Of a stretch of 64,000 bases of DNA, positions 43,990 through 53,449 are shown in pieces (the first letter of the stretch is position 1; the number at the start of each line of letters is the position of its first letter). Origin of the DNA: an uncultured Planctomycetota bacterium (lineage in GTDB: Bacteria > Planctomycetota > Planctomycetia > Isosphaerales > Isosphaeraceae). The notes under the pieces are model-generated. The model was not told the DNA's origin and did no database searches. It saw only the letters and a list, made by a program, of their open reading frames with translations. The DNA is taken from positions 5,824,001-5,888,000 of the forward strand of contig CAVTTN010000002.1 in the NCBI GenBank assembly GCA_963737655.1, read 5' to 3'. The translations under genes and the position numbers were made by a program.

Positions 43990-44808
43990 TCAGTGGGCGA
44001 TCCCGCCCATCCTCCTGAGGTCGGAGCCTTCGAGGAGGTCGATGTGCGGGCCGGGGACGTGGTGGTCCCGGGAGCGGAGCCATTTGTAGATCAGGGGGAC
44101 GAGCTCTCGGTTCAGGGCGTGGTAGCCTGCGGGGTTCAGGTGCAGCGTGTCCTGGGCGAAGTCGCGGCGGACCTCCTCGCGGTCGTTGAGGAGGGCGTGC
44201 GCGTCGAGGACCTCGACCCCGTCGGCGTCCATCCCGCGGATGAACTGGTTGACCTCCTCGACGGCCTCGCCGATGGCGGGCGACCAGAAGGGCTTGCGCT
44301 CGATCGGGACCGAGGAGTTCGGGAAGATCGTCGTGACGATCACGTCGGCCCCGATCTCCTGGAAGCGGGCGACCAGCTCCGCGATCCCCTCGCGGCAATT
44401 GTTCACCGTGAGGTCGCGCCGCCCGGGGAACAGGGGGATCGTCTTCAGGTCGTTGATCCCGACCTGGAGGATCGCCAGGTCGGGCGCGAGCGGGGCGGCG
44501 TGGAGGTCGAACCGGCTGAGGACCTGGGCCGTGGTCTGGCCGCTGATGCCCCGATTCACGAACTCGACGCCCTCGATGGTCGGGGGGATCCAGCCCACCG
44601 ACCGCGAGTCCCCGTAGAACATGATCCGGGGCCGCGATCGATCCCGCCTCTCCGCCGGGGCGGCCGCCGGGTAGTAGCGCGTGCCCAGGGGATCGATGCA
44701 TGTTATATTGTATCGCAAATAATATTTTTTCGCATGATGGAGCAACTTAAAATTAACGAAGACGGAAACCAACAAGATGACGACCAGGACAGCGAGCAGT
44801 CCATACAT
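43990..44808 (-). CDS. SGNH/GDSL hydrolase
   Basis: YGDS, NRGISGQTT, QVGINDL and DTLHLNPAGY. Confidence 0.9.
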   Translation of the reverse strand: MYGLLAVLVVILLVSVFVNFKLLHHAKKYYLRYNITCIDPLGTRYYPAAAPAERRDRSRPRIMFYGDSRSVGWIPPTIEGVEFVNRGISGQTTAQVLSRFDLHAAPLAPDLAILQVGINDLKTIPLFPGRRDLTVNNCREGIAELVARFQEIGADVIVTTIFPNSSVPIERKPFWSPAIGEAVEEVNQFIRGMDADGVEVLDAHALLNDREEVRRDFAQDTLHLNPAGYHALNRELVPLIYKWLRSRDHHVPGPHIDLLEGSDLRRMGGIAH

Positions 44809-45355
44809 TGCGGATGACTCCTGGTGGACTGAGGGCCGCGCCGTTGCGGTCATCGATTTCGATGAAAAACTGTAGACAATCCTCGTCTGTTGTACCATAT
44901 CTTTTCGCAAGATCGTCAAGACCTGTATGATGAGCCCAACATAAGGTTTCTGCATGCTGTAATGGCTCCTTGATAGGAGTTACGCCAAAGATTGCGTCGG
45001 AGCCGCCATTCCGGGGGGTGCCGTCGTCTCAGAAGGCCGATGTTCGGCGGGAACGAGTGTCACAAGGCGGGAAGGCGAGCCCGAGAGGCGGTGGGGCCAT
45101 CGCGGCAATCCGGGAGATGGGGCGGAAAGATCGAGGAAAGAATTCCCGAATCGCGCCGGGGCCGAGTCCCGAACGGGGCCGGCGAACCGTTCGCGACCGC
45201 GGCCGGAGGGATCGCCCGGAGGCGAGGTTCCCGGCCGTTGATGACCCCGGAGAGACTCGTCGGCGTCCCCGGGGTTTGATGGAGTAGGGGGGCCGCGGGC
45301 CGGCGGACCGGGTCGCGTCGTCTCCGGGGCGTTCGTGGAGGAGGAGGGATTCGTC

Positions 45356-46192
45356 ATGAGGGCCATCTGGGGCTGGGTGGGGGCGGGCCTGATCGTGGTC
45401 GGTGGCCTGCTGACGCCGTCGTCGGGGGCGTTCGGGGCCAGGGGCAAGGGGGGCGGGGGTCGGCCGGCAGCCCATCGGTCCGCGCCTCGGCCCCATCCGC
45501 CGTCTCGGAGCACCTATCGGCCGCCGAAGCCGCCGAGCCATCCCTCCCGGCCTCGGGCGGCGGCGCCCCGGCGGTCGGCCCCGAAGCCGGCCCATCATTC
45601 GAGCGTCCCGGCGAGCCGCCCGAAGGCCCATCCGTCGGCCTCGACGCCCCATCCGAGCCGGTCCGCCGCGACCCATTCGACGCGAGTCCGAACGGCCGGG
45701 CCGACGGCCCGCGCCCCTCGCTCGACGAGGACGACGACCGTCCGTCGTCCCTCCCGCCATCACCCCGGGCGTCGCTACACGCATCGGGGGGGCGTCCGGC
45801 TTTCCCGGGGGTGGGGCTATTCGCGACGCTACGCGGTGAGCAATGGGAACGTCCGGGCGATCGTCGGCCGGCTCCGGGCGACCCATTCCGGGCTCTCCCG
45901 GCTCGATCGAGACTACAACGGGCATCGCGCCCGGGCGATGCGTTCGATCCGGCGGGCCGTGAGGCTCCTGACCCACTCGTCCCGAGGGCTCCGGACCTCG
46001 ACGACCGGCCGGAGGGGGGGCGCGACGATGCCGCAGGCCCAGTCCGATACGATGATGAGGCGGGGCCTCCAGACGTTACGGGGTGTTCACGTCCAGATGA
46101 CGAGAAATGCTCTCATGTCGAGCCATAACGCGGCGAGGGCCTCGGTCCGCCGGGCGATCCGGGAGCTGGAGGTGGGCCTGCGGGTTCGTTGA
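45356..46192 (+). CDS. Hypothetical secreted Arg/Pro-rich protein
   Basis: RBS GGAGG, signal peptide and helical C-terminus DYNGHRARAM...PQAQSD. Confidence 0.65.
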   Translation: MRAIWGWVGAGLIVVGGLLTPSSGAFGARGKGGGGRPAAHRSAPRPHPPSRSTYRPPKPPSHPSRPRAAAPRRSAPKPAHHSSVPASRPKAHPSASTPHPSRSAATHSTRVRTAGPTARAPRSTRTTTVRRPSRHHPGRRYTHRGGVRLSRGWGYSRRYAVSNGNVRAIVGRLRATHSGLSRLDRDYNGHRARAMRSIRRAVRLLTHSSRGLRTSTTGRRGGATMPQAQSDTMMRRGLQTLRGVHVQMTRNALMSSHNAARASVRRAIRELEVGLRVR

Positions 46193-46210
46193 TCGCGACG
46201 AGGGGCGGGT

Positions 46211-46927
46211 TCAGGGCTTCGGAGGGGCCGGCTCGTCCTGGTCCTGGAGGCTCTTGGTGATGAGCCCGCCCCCCTCGGTGAGCTCGACGAAGTAGGATCG
46301 GCCCTTGATCTCGATCTCGGCTTCGAAGACGTGGCCGCCGATCCCGGTGGCCCGGGTGATCGGCCCGATCTTGCCCCCCTGGGCCTGCTCCTTGAAGGCG
46401 TGCTGGACGGCGTTGGGGCAGTGGGTCAGCTCGATCTCGTCCTCGGCGACGATCAGCATCTTCTCGACGAGCGTGCCGTTCTCGGCCACGACGATCGAGT
46501 ACTCCTTGCCGCCGAGCGAGACGATGGCCTCGAAGACGGGGACGCCGTACTTGAGGTCGCGGGCGACGGCGTCGAATTTGGCGTCCCTGGCCTCGCGCTT
46601 GAACGTCGCCTGGACGGCCGCCGGGCAGGCCGAGAACTTCACCTCCTCCTCGCCGACCTCCAGGCCCATTTCTGTGAGCATGCCTTCGGCATCGACATAA
46701 ATGCGATATTTCCGCCCGCCGAGCGTCGCGGACGCGTCGTAGCTGGTCCGTCCGTCCTCGACGATCTTCTCGATCGAGTCGAGCCGGCCGCCCCTGGTCT
46801 CGACCTCCAGCATCTTCTTCACGGCGGGCGGGCAATCGGCGAGCTTGATCGGGGTCGCGTCGTCGCCGAGGACCGAGAGCGTCAAGGCGAGGCCGAGCCA
46901 GGTCGCCAGGGCCGAGGATCGGGTCAT
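46211..46927 (-). CDS. Secreted PepSY-like repeat protein
   Basis: Signal peptide; three repeats of CPxAV...YEA..G..Y.I.V..xG.L. Confidence 0.75.
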   Translation of the reverse strand: MTRSSALATWLGLALTLSVLGDDATPIKLADCPPAVKKMLEVETRGGRLDSIEKIVEDGRTSYDASATLGGRKYRIYVDAEGMLTEMGLEVGEEEVKFSACPAAVQATFKREARDAKFDAVARDLKYGVPVFEAIVSLGGKEYSIVVAENGTLVEKMLIVAEDEIELTHCPNAVQHAFKEQAQGGKIGPITRATGIGGHVFEAEIEIKGRSYFVELTEGGGLITKSLQDQDEPAPPKP

Positions 46928-47007
46928 TCGAGGTCGCTCCCGGGTTCGAGGACCATCGGATCGGGTCGGGATCGGAACGAGGAGGCCGGGCGTCCCGGGC
47001 TCGCGGC

Positions 47008-48198
47008 TCAATTCCCCGCCTTTTTCTTCGCCTCGGCGGCCTTGGCCGGGGCTTCGGCGGCCTTGGGCTCGGCCTTCTTGGCCGCGGCCGTCTCGACCAC
47101 GCCCTCGCTCTCGTACTGGACCGGGGTGAAGAGGAACCGCGGCTCCCAGTCGAGGACTCGGGCCTTGACCGGGTCGTCCAGGTACTTCATCAGCGTGGGC
47201 GCGACCTTGGGGATGAACTGGAGGAGCTTGGTGCCGTGGAGCGAGGATTCGACGTAGGAAACCTTGCTCCTCTGGTGCCGCTCGACGATCGGCTGGGCGG
47301 CCTTCACCGCGTCGACCGAGGGGCCATCCCGGTCTCCGCAGAGCAGCAGGATCGGGATTCTCGGGGCGATCGGCGGGAGGAGCTGCTGGAGCTTCAGGCC
47401 CTGGGAATCGACCACGGGCGAGAGCAGGGCCAGCCCCGAGAGGTCGCCGATCCGGCCCTCCGACGACACCGCCGCGCCCGGCGTGGCGGCCCAGGCGGCG
47501 ACGAGGTTCGCGCCGTCGCCGATGGCGATCACGCCGAGCTTCGCCAGGTTCAGCTCCTCGCGGTTGTGACGATCGACGAGGAAGAGGTAGACCGATTGGA
47601 GGTCGGCGGTCATGGCCCGCCACTGCTCGGCCCCGGGCTCGTGCCGGGGGTTGCGGCCGTGGCCCCGGAGGTCGGGCACGATCACGGCGTACCCCTGTTC
47701 CTGGAGGGTCTCGGCCATCCCCTTGCCCTTGAGCTCCTCCAGGGGCTCGGAGAAGTCCTTGCCCGATCGGCCGGCGCCCCGGTCGTGGATCAGGAGGACG
47801 ACCGGGGCGGTCCTCCGGGTCCTGGCCGGGTAATAGTCGACGGCCAGGGGGGCGCCGTCGGCCCCGGCGATCCTCATCTGGAAGTGGAACGGCCAGGTCG
47901 GCGGCGCGAGCGGGACGGCGGCCGGGGCGTTGTCGGCCTTGGCCATGTTGCCGCCGGCCTTCCTCAGCGGATCGCCGGCGTTGGGCCGACCCTTCTTCGG
48001 AGGCGCCCCGGCCGGCGCCACCGGGCCCTTCTTCTTGCCGGCCGGCTTGGCCTTCTCGGCCTTGGCCGCCCCCTTGGGGTCGGGCTCGGGCGGCTGGTCC
48101 TGGGCCGAGACGAGCCCGAGGCCCAGGGTGAGCATCAACGAGGCCCCCGCCGAGGCCAGGAGGCCCATCGTCCTCGGGCCGATCAGGGATCGTCGCAT
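47008..48198 (-). CDS. Secreted alpha/beta-hydrolase-fold protein
   Basis: PVVLLIHD, GYAVIVPDLRGHG, LALLSP and SLHGTKLL; the nucleophile elbow reads AIGDG. Confidence 0.8.
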   Translation of the reverse strand: MRRSLIGPRTMGLLASAGASLMLTLGLGLVSAQDQPPEPDPKGAAKAEKAKPAGKKKGPVAPAGAPPKKGRPNAGDPLRKAGGNMAKADNAPAAVPLAPPTWPFHFQMRIAGADGAPLAVDYYPARTRRTAPVVLLIHDRGAGRSGKDFSEPLEELKGKGMAETLQEQGYAVIVPDLRGHGRNPRHEPGAEQWRAMTADLQSVYLFLVDRHNREELNLAKLGVIAIGDGANLVAAWAATPGAAVSSEGRIGDLSGLALLSPVVDSQGLKLQQLLPPIAPRIPILLLCGDRDGPSVDAVKAAQPIVERHQRSKVSYVESSLHGTKLLQFIPKVAPTLMKYLDDPVKARVLDWEPRFLFTPVQYESEGVVETAAAKKAEPKAAEAPAKAAEAKKKAGN

Positions 48199-48359
48199 CG
48201 GGCCTCGCCTCCCCTCTCGCAGACCTCCGCCCCCCGGAACAAGGGCGACTCCCTCCATCGTAAGGCCCCCCGACGGCCCCGACAAGCGCCGGAGCCGGCC
48301 CGACTCGGGCAATCCGGCAACTTCTCCGCTACAATCGATCCGAGAGGGGAGGCCCGGCC

Positions 48360-49169
48360 ATGATCGCCCTGATCGAATCGAAGAAGGAAGAACTCTTCGA
48401 CCCCTGCCGCCGCCACGGGGTCAAGACGCTGGAGCTCTTCGGCTCGGCCCTCTCCGACCGCTTCGACACGGAGGCCAGCGACCTGGATTTCCTCGTCGAA
48501 TACGGCCCTGAAAGGGAATCGCTTCGAGATTACTTCGACTTCAAGTTCGCCCTCGAAGACCTCTTCGGGAGGGACGTCGACCTCATCGACGCCGGAGCGA
48601 TCCGCAACCCCTATTTCCTCGAAGCGATCGCGGGGGAGCGGACGCGAGTCTATGCCGACGGACCCGGCGGAGCCTGCCCCTCCCCGGCCCGGTCGGGTCG
48701 TCGCGTCGTGACCACGCCCGCGAACGGCCTTCCGCTTCGGGCCCTCCAACGGCTGTGGGACATCCAGCAGGCCGCGCTCCGGCTGGCGAGCTTTGCCGAG
48801 TCGGGGCCGCCGTCGACCGATCGGGGCCAGGCGATCCTCCGTGCCGCCGCGGAGGGGCAGATCCTCGCCCTCGGCCGGGCCCTGGCGAGGGGGGATGAGG
48901 AATTGCCCGCCCTCCCGTTCCGGGACACGCGATCGCTCGCGAAAGTCCGGGAGGCGCTGACCCTGGACGCTTCGACCGTCGGCGATGCGACGATCTGGGA
49001 GGCCGTGGGCGACGACCTGCCCCCTCTCCTGGCCGAGGTCGAGGCCCGGCTTTCGGGCGATCCCCTCGCAGCTCCCGAGGGGAGGGCGTCGCCTCCCGCC
49101 GAATCCGGGGCGACCGGAGGTCCCGTCGGGTTCAGGAAATGCACAGTCTTTCCTGCGTCCTCGGCCTGA
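48360..49169 (+). CDS. Minimal nucleotidyltransferase (MNT) fused to a degenerate HEPN/DUF86 domain
   Basis: LFGSAL..SDLDFLVE..LEDLFGRDVDLI..IRNPYF, then LWDI..LRAA.E....LG.A..IWEAV.DDLP.L. Confidence 0.75.
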   Translation: MIALIESKKEELFDPCRRHGVKTLELFGSALSDRFDTEASDLDFLVEYGPERESLRDYFDFKFALEDLFGRDVDLIDAGAIRNPYFLEAIAGERTRVYADGPGGACPSPARSGRRVVTTPANGLPLRALQRLWDIQQAALRLASFAESGPPSTDRGQAILRAAAEGQILALGRALARGDEELPALPFRDTRSLAKVREALTLDASTVGDATIWEAVGDDLPPLLAEVEARLSGDPLAAPEGRASPPAESGATGGPVGFRKCTVFPASSA

Positions 49170-49244
49170 CGGCTTCCCTGATCACGTCGGAGAAGGTCCC
49201 ACTCCGATCCCTCCTCTTCCCCTCAATCCCCGCGAGTCGCACCC

Positions 49245-51086
49245 ATGCCCGAATCCTCATCCTCCCCCGCCCTGCCCCGTCGCGAGTTCCTCCGCCGGGC
49301 CGCCGCCGCCTCGGTCGCCGTCCCCTTGCTGGCGTCTTCCGAGGCCCTGGGCGCGACCGCCCAGCGGGAGGCCGACGCCTTCCTCGCGAAATATGTCGAT
49401 GGCTGGCTCCCCCTCGAAGCCGCCGCCAATCAGGCGTCGTGGACCGCCTTGACCGACGTGACCGAGGCCCACACCGCCGCCCAGGTCGCGAAGAACCAGG
49501 CCCTCAACGAGTTCGTCGGCTCTCGCGAGGTCATCGACGGCGTCAAGTCCCTGCTCGCCCGCCGGGCCGAGCTCTCGGACCTGACCGTCCGCCAGCTCGA
49601 AAAGGCCCGCCTCCGCGCCGCCGAGGCCCCGGGCACCATCCCCGAAATCGTCAAGGAACGGACCGAGGCCGAGGCCCGCCAATCCGCCGTCCAGGACGGC
49701 TACACCTTCTTCATGGCCCGGGGCGCCCAGGGAGGCCCCGTCTCGGCCAACGAGATCGACGGCGTCCTCGTCGGGTCTCGCGACCTGCCGGAGAGGCTCG
49801 GGGCGTGGGCTGCGTCCAAGACGATCGGCCAGGCGCTCCGGCCGGGCCTCTTGAAGCTCCGCGACCTCCGCAACCGCGCGGCCCGCGAGCTCGGCTTCGA
49901 CGACTTCTTCGCCTTGCAGGTCGCCGACTACGGGATGACCACCGCCGAGATGATCGCCCTGTGCGACGGCTTCGTGGCGCAGGTCAAGCCCCTGTATGAA
50001 CAGCTCCACACCTGGGCCAAGCACGAGCTCGCCCGCCGCTACAAGGCCGACGCCCCCGACGGCAAGATCCCCGCCCACTGGCTCCCCAACCGCTGGGGCC
50101 AGAACTGGCCGGGCCTGGTCGAGGGCGTGGACATGGACGCCCCGTTCCAGGGCAAGACCAAGGAGTACATCACCGAGCAGGCCGAACGGTTCTACACCTC
50201 TTTGGGATTCCCCCCCCTGCCCCGATCCTTCTACGAGAAGAGCGACCTCTACCCGCCCGACCCCAAGTCCAACCGCAAGAAGAACTCGCACGCCAGCGCC
50301 TGGCACGTCGATCTGAAGCAGGACGTCCGCAGCCTGATGAGCATCGAGCCCGACTCCCGATGGTTCGGCACCGCCCACCACGAACTCGGCCATATTTACT
50401 ATTACATCAGCTATTCCACACCCCAGGTCCCGTACCTCCTCCGGGGCGGCGCCAATCGCGCCTTCCACGAAGGCATCGGCGACCTGATCGGCGTGGCGGC
50501 CGGCCAGAAGCCGTACTTGAAGCAGATGGGCCTGCTCACGCCCGAGGCCGAGAAGGCCGACACCGTCACCTACCTCCTCGACGCCGCACTCGACCGCTCG
50601 ATCACCTTCATCCCCTTCTCCGCCGGGACCATGACGAGGTTCGAGCGCGACTTCTACGCCGGGAGCATCCAGCCCGACGCCCTGAACGCCGCCTGGTGGC
50701 AGATCGTCGGGCAATACCAGGGGATCGCCCCGCCGATCGACCGGCCCGAGCACCTCTGCGACGCCGCCACCAAGACCCACATCAACGACGACCCGGCGCA
50801 ATACTACGACTACGCCATCGGGACCGTCCTGAAGTTCCAGCTCCACGACCACATCGCCCGCGAAATCCTCAAGCAAGACCCCCGCGAGTGCAATTACTAC
50901 GGGAACAAGAAGGTCGGCGACTTCCTCTCAGGAATCCTCGGCCTCGGGGCCACGAAAGACTGGAACACCGTCCTCCGAGACGCCACCGGCTCGGGCCTCT
51001 CCGCCGCGCCCATGGTCGCCTACTTCGAGCCGCTCAAGGCGTGGCTGGAGCAGAAGAACCAGGGCCGCAAAATCGGCTGGGGCTGA
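49245..51086 (+). CDS. Peptidase M2 (ACE-like peptidyl-dipeptidase) with Tat signal
   Basis: RREFLRR Tat motif; HHELGH zinc motif, GANRAFHEGIG, HASAW and LKFQLH. Confidence 0.92.
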   Translation: MPESSSSPALPRREFLRRAAAASVAVPLLASSEALGATAQREADAFLAKYVDGWLPLEAAANQASWTALTDVTEAHTAAQVAKNQALNEFVGSREVIDGVKSLLARRAELSDLTVRQLEKARLRAAEAPGTIPEIVKERTEAEARQSAVQDGYTFFMARGAQGGPVSANEIDGVLVGSRDLPERLGAWAASKTIGQALRPGLLKLRDLRNRAARELGFDDFFALQVADYGMTTAEMIALCDGFVAQVKPLYEQLHTWAKHELARRYKADAPDGKIPAHWLPNRWGQNWPGLVEGVDMDAPFQGKTKEYITEQAERFYTSLGFPPLPRSFYEKSDLYPPDPKSNRKKNSHASAWHVDLKQDVRSLMSIEPDSRWFGTAHHELGHIYYYISYSTPQVPYLLRGGANRAFHEGIGDLIGVAAGQKPYLKQMGLLTPEAEKADTVTYLLDAALDRSITFIPFSAGTMTRFERDFYAGSIQPDALNAAWWQIVGQYQGIAPPIDRPEHLCDAATKTHINDDPAQYYDYAIGTVLKFQLHDHIAREILKQDPRECNYYGNKKVGDFLSGILGLGATKDWNTVLRDATGSGLSAAPMVAYFEPLKAWLEQKNQGRKIGWG

Positions 51087-51100
51087 GCAGATCACCGGCC

Positions 51101-51165
51101 GGGTGGCATGCTTACGTCCGCGTAAGCATGTCTTCCTGCGACGCCCGCGCGGACATGCCCACCCA
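51101..51165. repeat. REP-like unit (GGGTGGCATGC family)
   Basis: GGGTGGCATGCTTACGTCCGCGTAAGCATGTC with a degenerate partner. Confidence 0.7.
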
Positions 51166-51937
51166 AACGCATGCATGTCTCCGCATGTTGTCCCGGAGGG
51201 TCCAGGCCCCAAACCAGGGGCCTCGGACCGTCCCCCGGGGGCATCCGATCACAAACCGAAGGGCGGATCACGGCAGACCTCCGAACCACGACCCGCACCA
51301 AGGCCGGAACCCCCGGCCCCAAGCGAGTCACCTTGCTCAAAACCATCGCGACCAACGCCCCCGACGATCACCCAATCCCAAAAATCGAACGGCGGCCCGA
51401 GAAACCACACGCCCTCGAAGGCCCTCGACCACGACCCGGGACTGCGCCGATTCGGACAGAAAACGAGCAAAAAGGCCCCGAAACCCCCTCGACGCAACTC
51501 CAGGAAGGGCCAGGACTTGAACGTGATACGAACAAAAAACTCAAATATGAGGATCGGACCCGCGTGCGCAGTCGCTGCGCGCTCGGAAACAGCCTGAAAA
51601 CCGCCGTTCCCGACGTTTCTCGGGAAAAAGTGTCGTCAACTTCCCCGAAAGTGTCGTCAACTTTCCCCCAACATCTGCGCTCACGCATCTCTAATTTCCT
51701 TCAAATCCACAGCGTCGAACAAATTTTCAAGATTCGCAGATTCGCACACCAGAACATCGGCAAGCTACCACTCTCAACTGCGACCCCCCTCTCCCGCGAC
51801 GACACTTCGGAGGGCAAGCCGCGGGCCGCCGTCATCGACGCAAGAACACCCCACCAAACTCCCCTTTCCCCCATCTTTCTCCGTGAATTTCGCAAATTAC
51901 CCCAAAGCTCCAAATTTCCCAAACCAACAGGAACAAG

Positions 51938-52332
51938 GAATCCTGCGAGGCCCCCTGCGCTCCGGGGGACGACCCGATCGAGACGCAACCGAGGAGGCCG
52001 CGACGCTCGTCGATTAGACCGCATCCACAGATTTATGAAAAATCAAATCTCGATTATATCAGCCTTGAACCGGCGGGTCGGCAAGGGCCGCCGATCTCCA
52101 AATTCGGGGTAACTCAGCTCGCACGTTGCCCCGGCTTTCTGATTTCCCGGCGGAGCACGCGGCGGGGATAACCCAGAGCACCCAGAACGCCAGGAAGGAA
52201 CCGGACCACCGGCCGAATCGAATCCAGGAGGAAAAAATCCAAGAAATTTCTTGCGGGGCGAGTTCCTCGCCGGCAAGATGAAAATCCGGCTCAGGATTAT
52301 ACGTCACTTTCGATGTCTACTTCATGTTAGGC
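51938..52332 (+). other. attI-like leader of cassette array 1
   Basis: About 390 bp homologous to 60449-60908. Homology ends just after ...GATGTCTACTTCAT-GTTAGGC (core 52326-52332), and no attC hairpin precedes the core. Confidence 0.7.
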
Positions 52333-52605
52333 GGAACGCCGCGAGGGTTGCCGGCGCTTGACGAGGCGGTTACGCTCGATGGCGCGTCGTGAGCTCGCTC
52401 GGCGACCGGTCGTCGAGCGCAACAGTCGCGCGGCCCGCGTCCCGGGATCGGGGGTGGCGTCCCGTCTAACTCCCGGTAGGCGGAACGGTCGTTCCGCCTA
52501 GCCATTCGGCGTTGAAGTGGATTGCTCGCGGGCCTTCCGTATCGGTCATATGCGCATGTGACGATGTATTTAATTCCTCATTAGCCGAAGTGAGGCCCGA
52601 CGACC

Positions 52606-52917
52606 ATGGCTCTAACGGCTTGCCCGGAGTGCGGGCGAGAGGTGTCCGACCGTGCCCCAACCTGCCCTCAGTGCGGGTGCCCGATCGCCAGCGCGACGCC
52701 CCGACCTCCCACCGCACCACCTCCAGCCCCGCGAACTCCCACACAACCACCTCAGGCCGCGCAGACGCATACCCGCAGCCAGGAGGTCGGCTCCTTCGAC
52801 AAGAGCTTCGGTAACGCGGCCGGGACCAGGCTCGGGTGCATGGCTGTGGGTGGGATCATACTTGCCATCTTATTCGTGTTCATAATGATTATCGCCGCCA
52901 TAGCCAACAGCCGGTAG
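52606..52917 (+). CDS. Cassette gene: zinc-ribbon protein with C-terminal TM
   Basis: MALTACPECGREVSDRAPTCPQCGCP plus hydrophobic tail. Confidence 0.8.
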   Translation: MALTACPECGREVSDRAPTCPQCGCPIASATPRPPTAPPPAPRTPTQPPQAAQTHTRSQEVGSFDKSFGNAAGTRLGCMAVGGIILAILFVFIMIIAAIANSR

Positions 52918-52974
52918 AGTCGGCCCGACGAAAAGGAGACGGGATGGAATGCCATCGTCACGAGTCGGCCGCCT

Positions 52975-53354
52975 CTTCGTGAACTCTTTGGCTGGGAACG
53001 GCCATCGACGCGCGACACTACCCCAACCCCAGGCTTTGTGGCCGGGCAGCGGCGAGGTCCGGGTAGCAAACCGACGGATTCAAGAGCGGCGGACGAGGCG
53101 CGGGCCGAGAGGGGAGTCGGTTACGCTTGCAGTCTCTTCGACGGGAACATCCCCGCGAGTCGGCTCGCGGGGCGTCGCCAATGACCGGATCACGACCTCT
53201 CGGGCCAGGCTAACCTACGGGCAGGGAGCACCAAGGTGGAGACGGCCGGGAGGCCCGCGCCACACTCAGGCTACGCCGCGCCGGGTCGGCGGGCAAGTCG
53301 TCCCCGACCCCCGTTCACGCCCCGTCGGGAGCGGACGAAGGCCGCAGGATGGTT
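52975..53354 (+). mobile_element. 380-bp attC-inserted non-coding element, copy 1
   Basis: GCCT|CTTCGTGAACTC...GCAGGATGGTT|AACCTCG; five copies of equal length. Confidence 0.9.
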
Positions 53355-53449
53355 AACCTCGCGCTGCAGCGGACCCGCACCGCCGCGACGGTTATCGTGC
53401 TATCATGGCTTACTCGGCGGTGCGGGTCCGCTGAGCTTTGGCGTTAGGC
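53355..53449 (+). other. attC site 1 (R'' box split; GCCT at 52971-52974)
   Basis: AAC-CTCGC-GCTGCAGCGGACCCGCACCGCCG..loop..CGGCGGTGCGGGTCCGCTGAGC-TTTGGC-GTTAGGC, with one unpaired base between the L boxes. Confidence 0.88.

Noticed and set aside
51171..52112. 313-aa ORF upstream of the array as an integron integrase
   Set aside because: No tyrosine-recombinase R..HxxR..H..Y motifs on either strand; the composition looks non-coding.
52975..53354. The element as a group IIC-attC intron
   Set aside because: Neither strand starts with GTGYG or shows a domain V/VI, there is no reverse transcriptase ORF, and the junction cannot be placed between the two As of TAAC.
52975..53354. The element as a minus-strand group I intron
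   Set aside because: Minus-strand junctions fit U|...G| and GAGACTG resembles the R element, but I found no matching CAGTC P7 partner or P/Q order, and G-U pairs favour the + strand. Not fully excluded; an Rfam scan would settle it.
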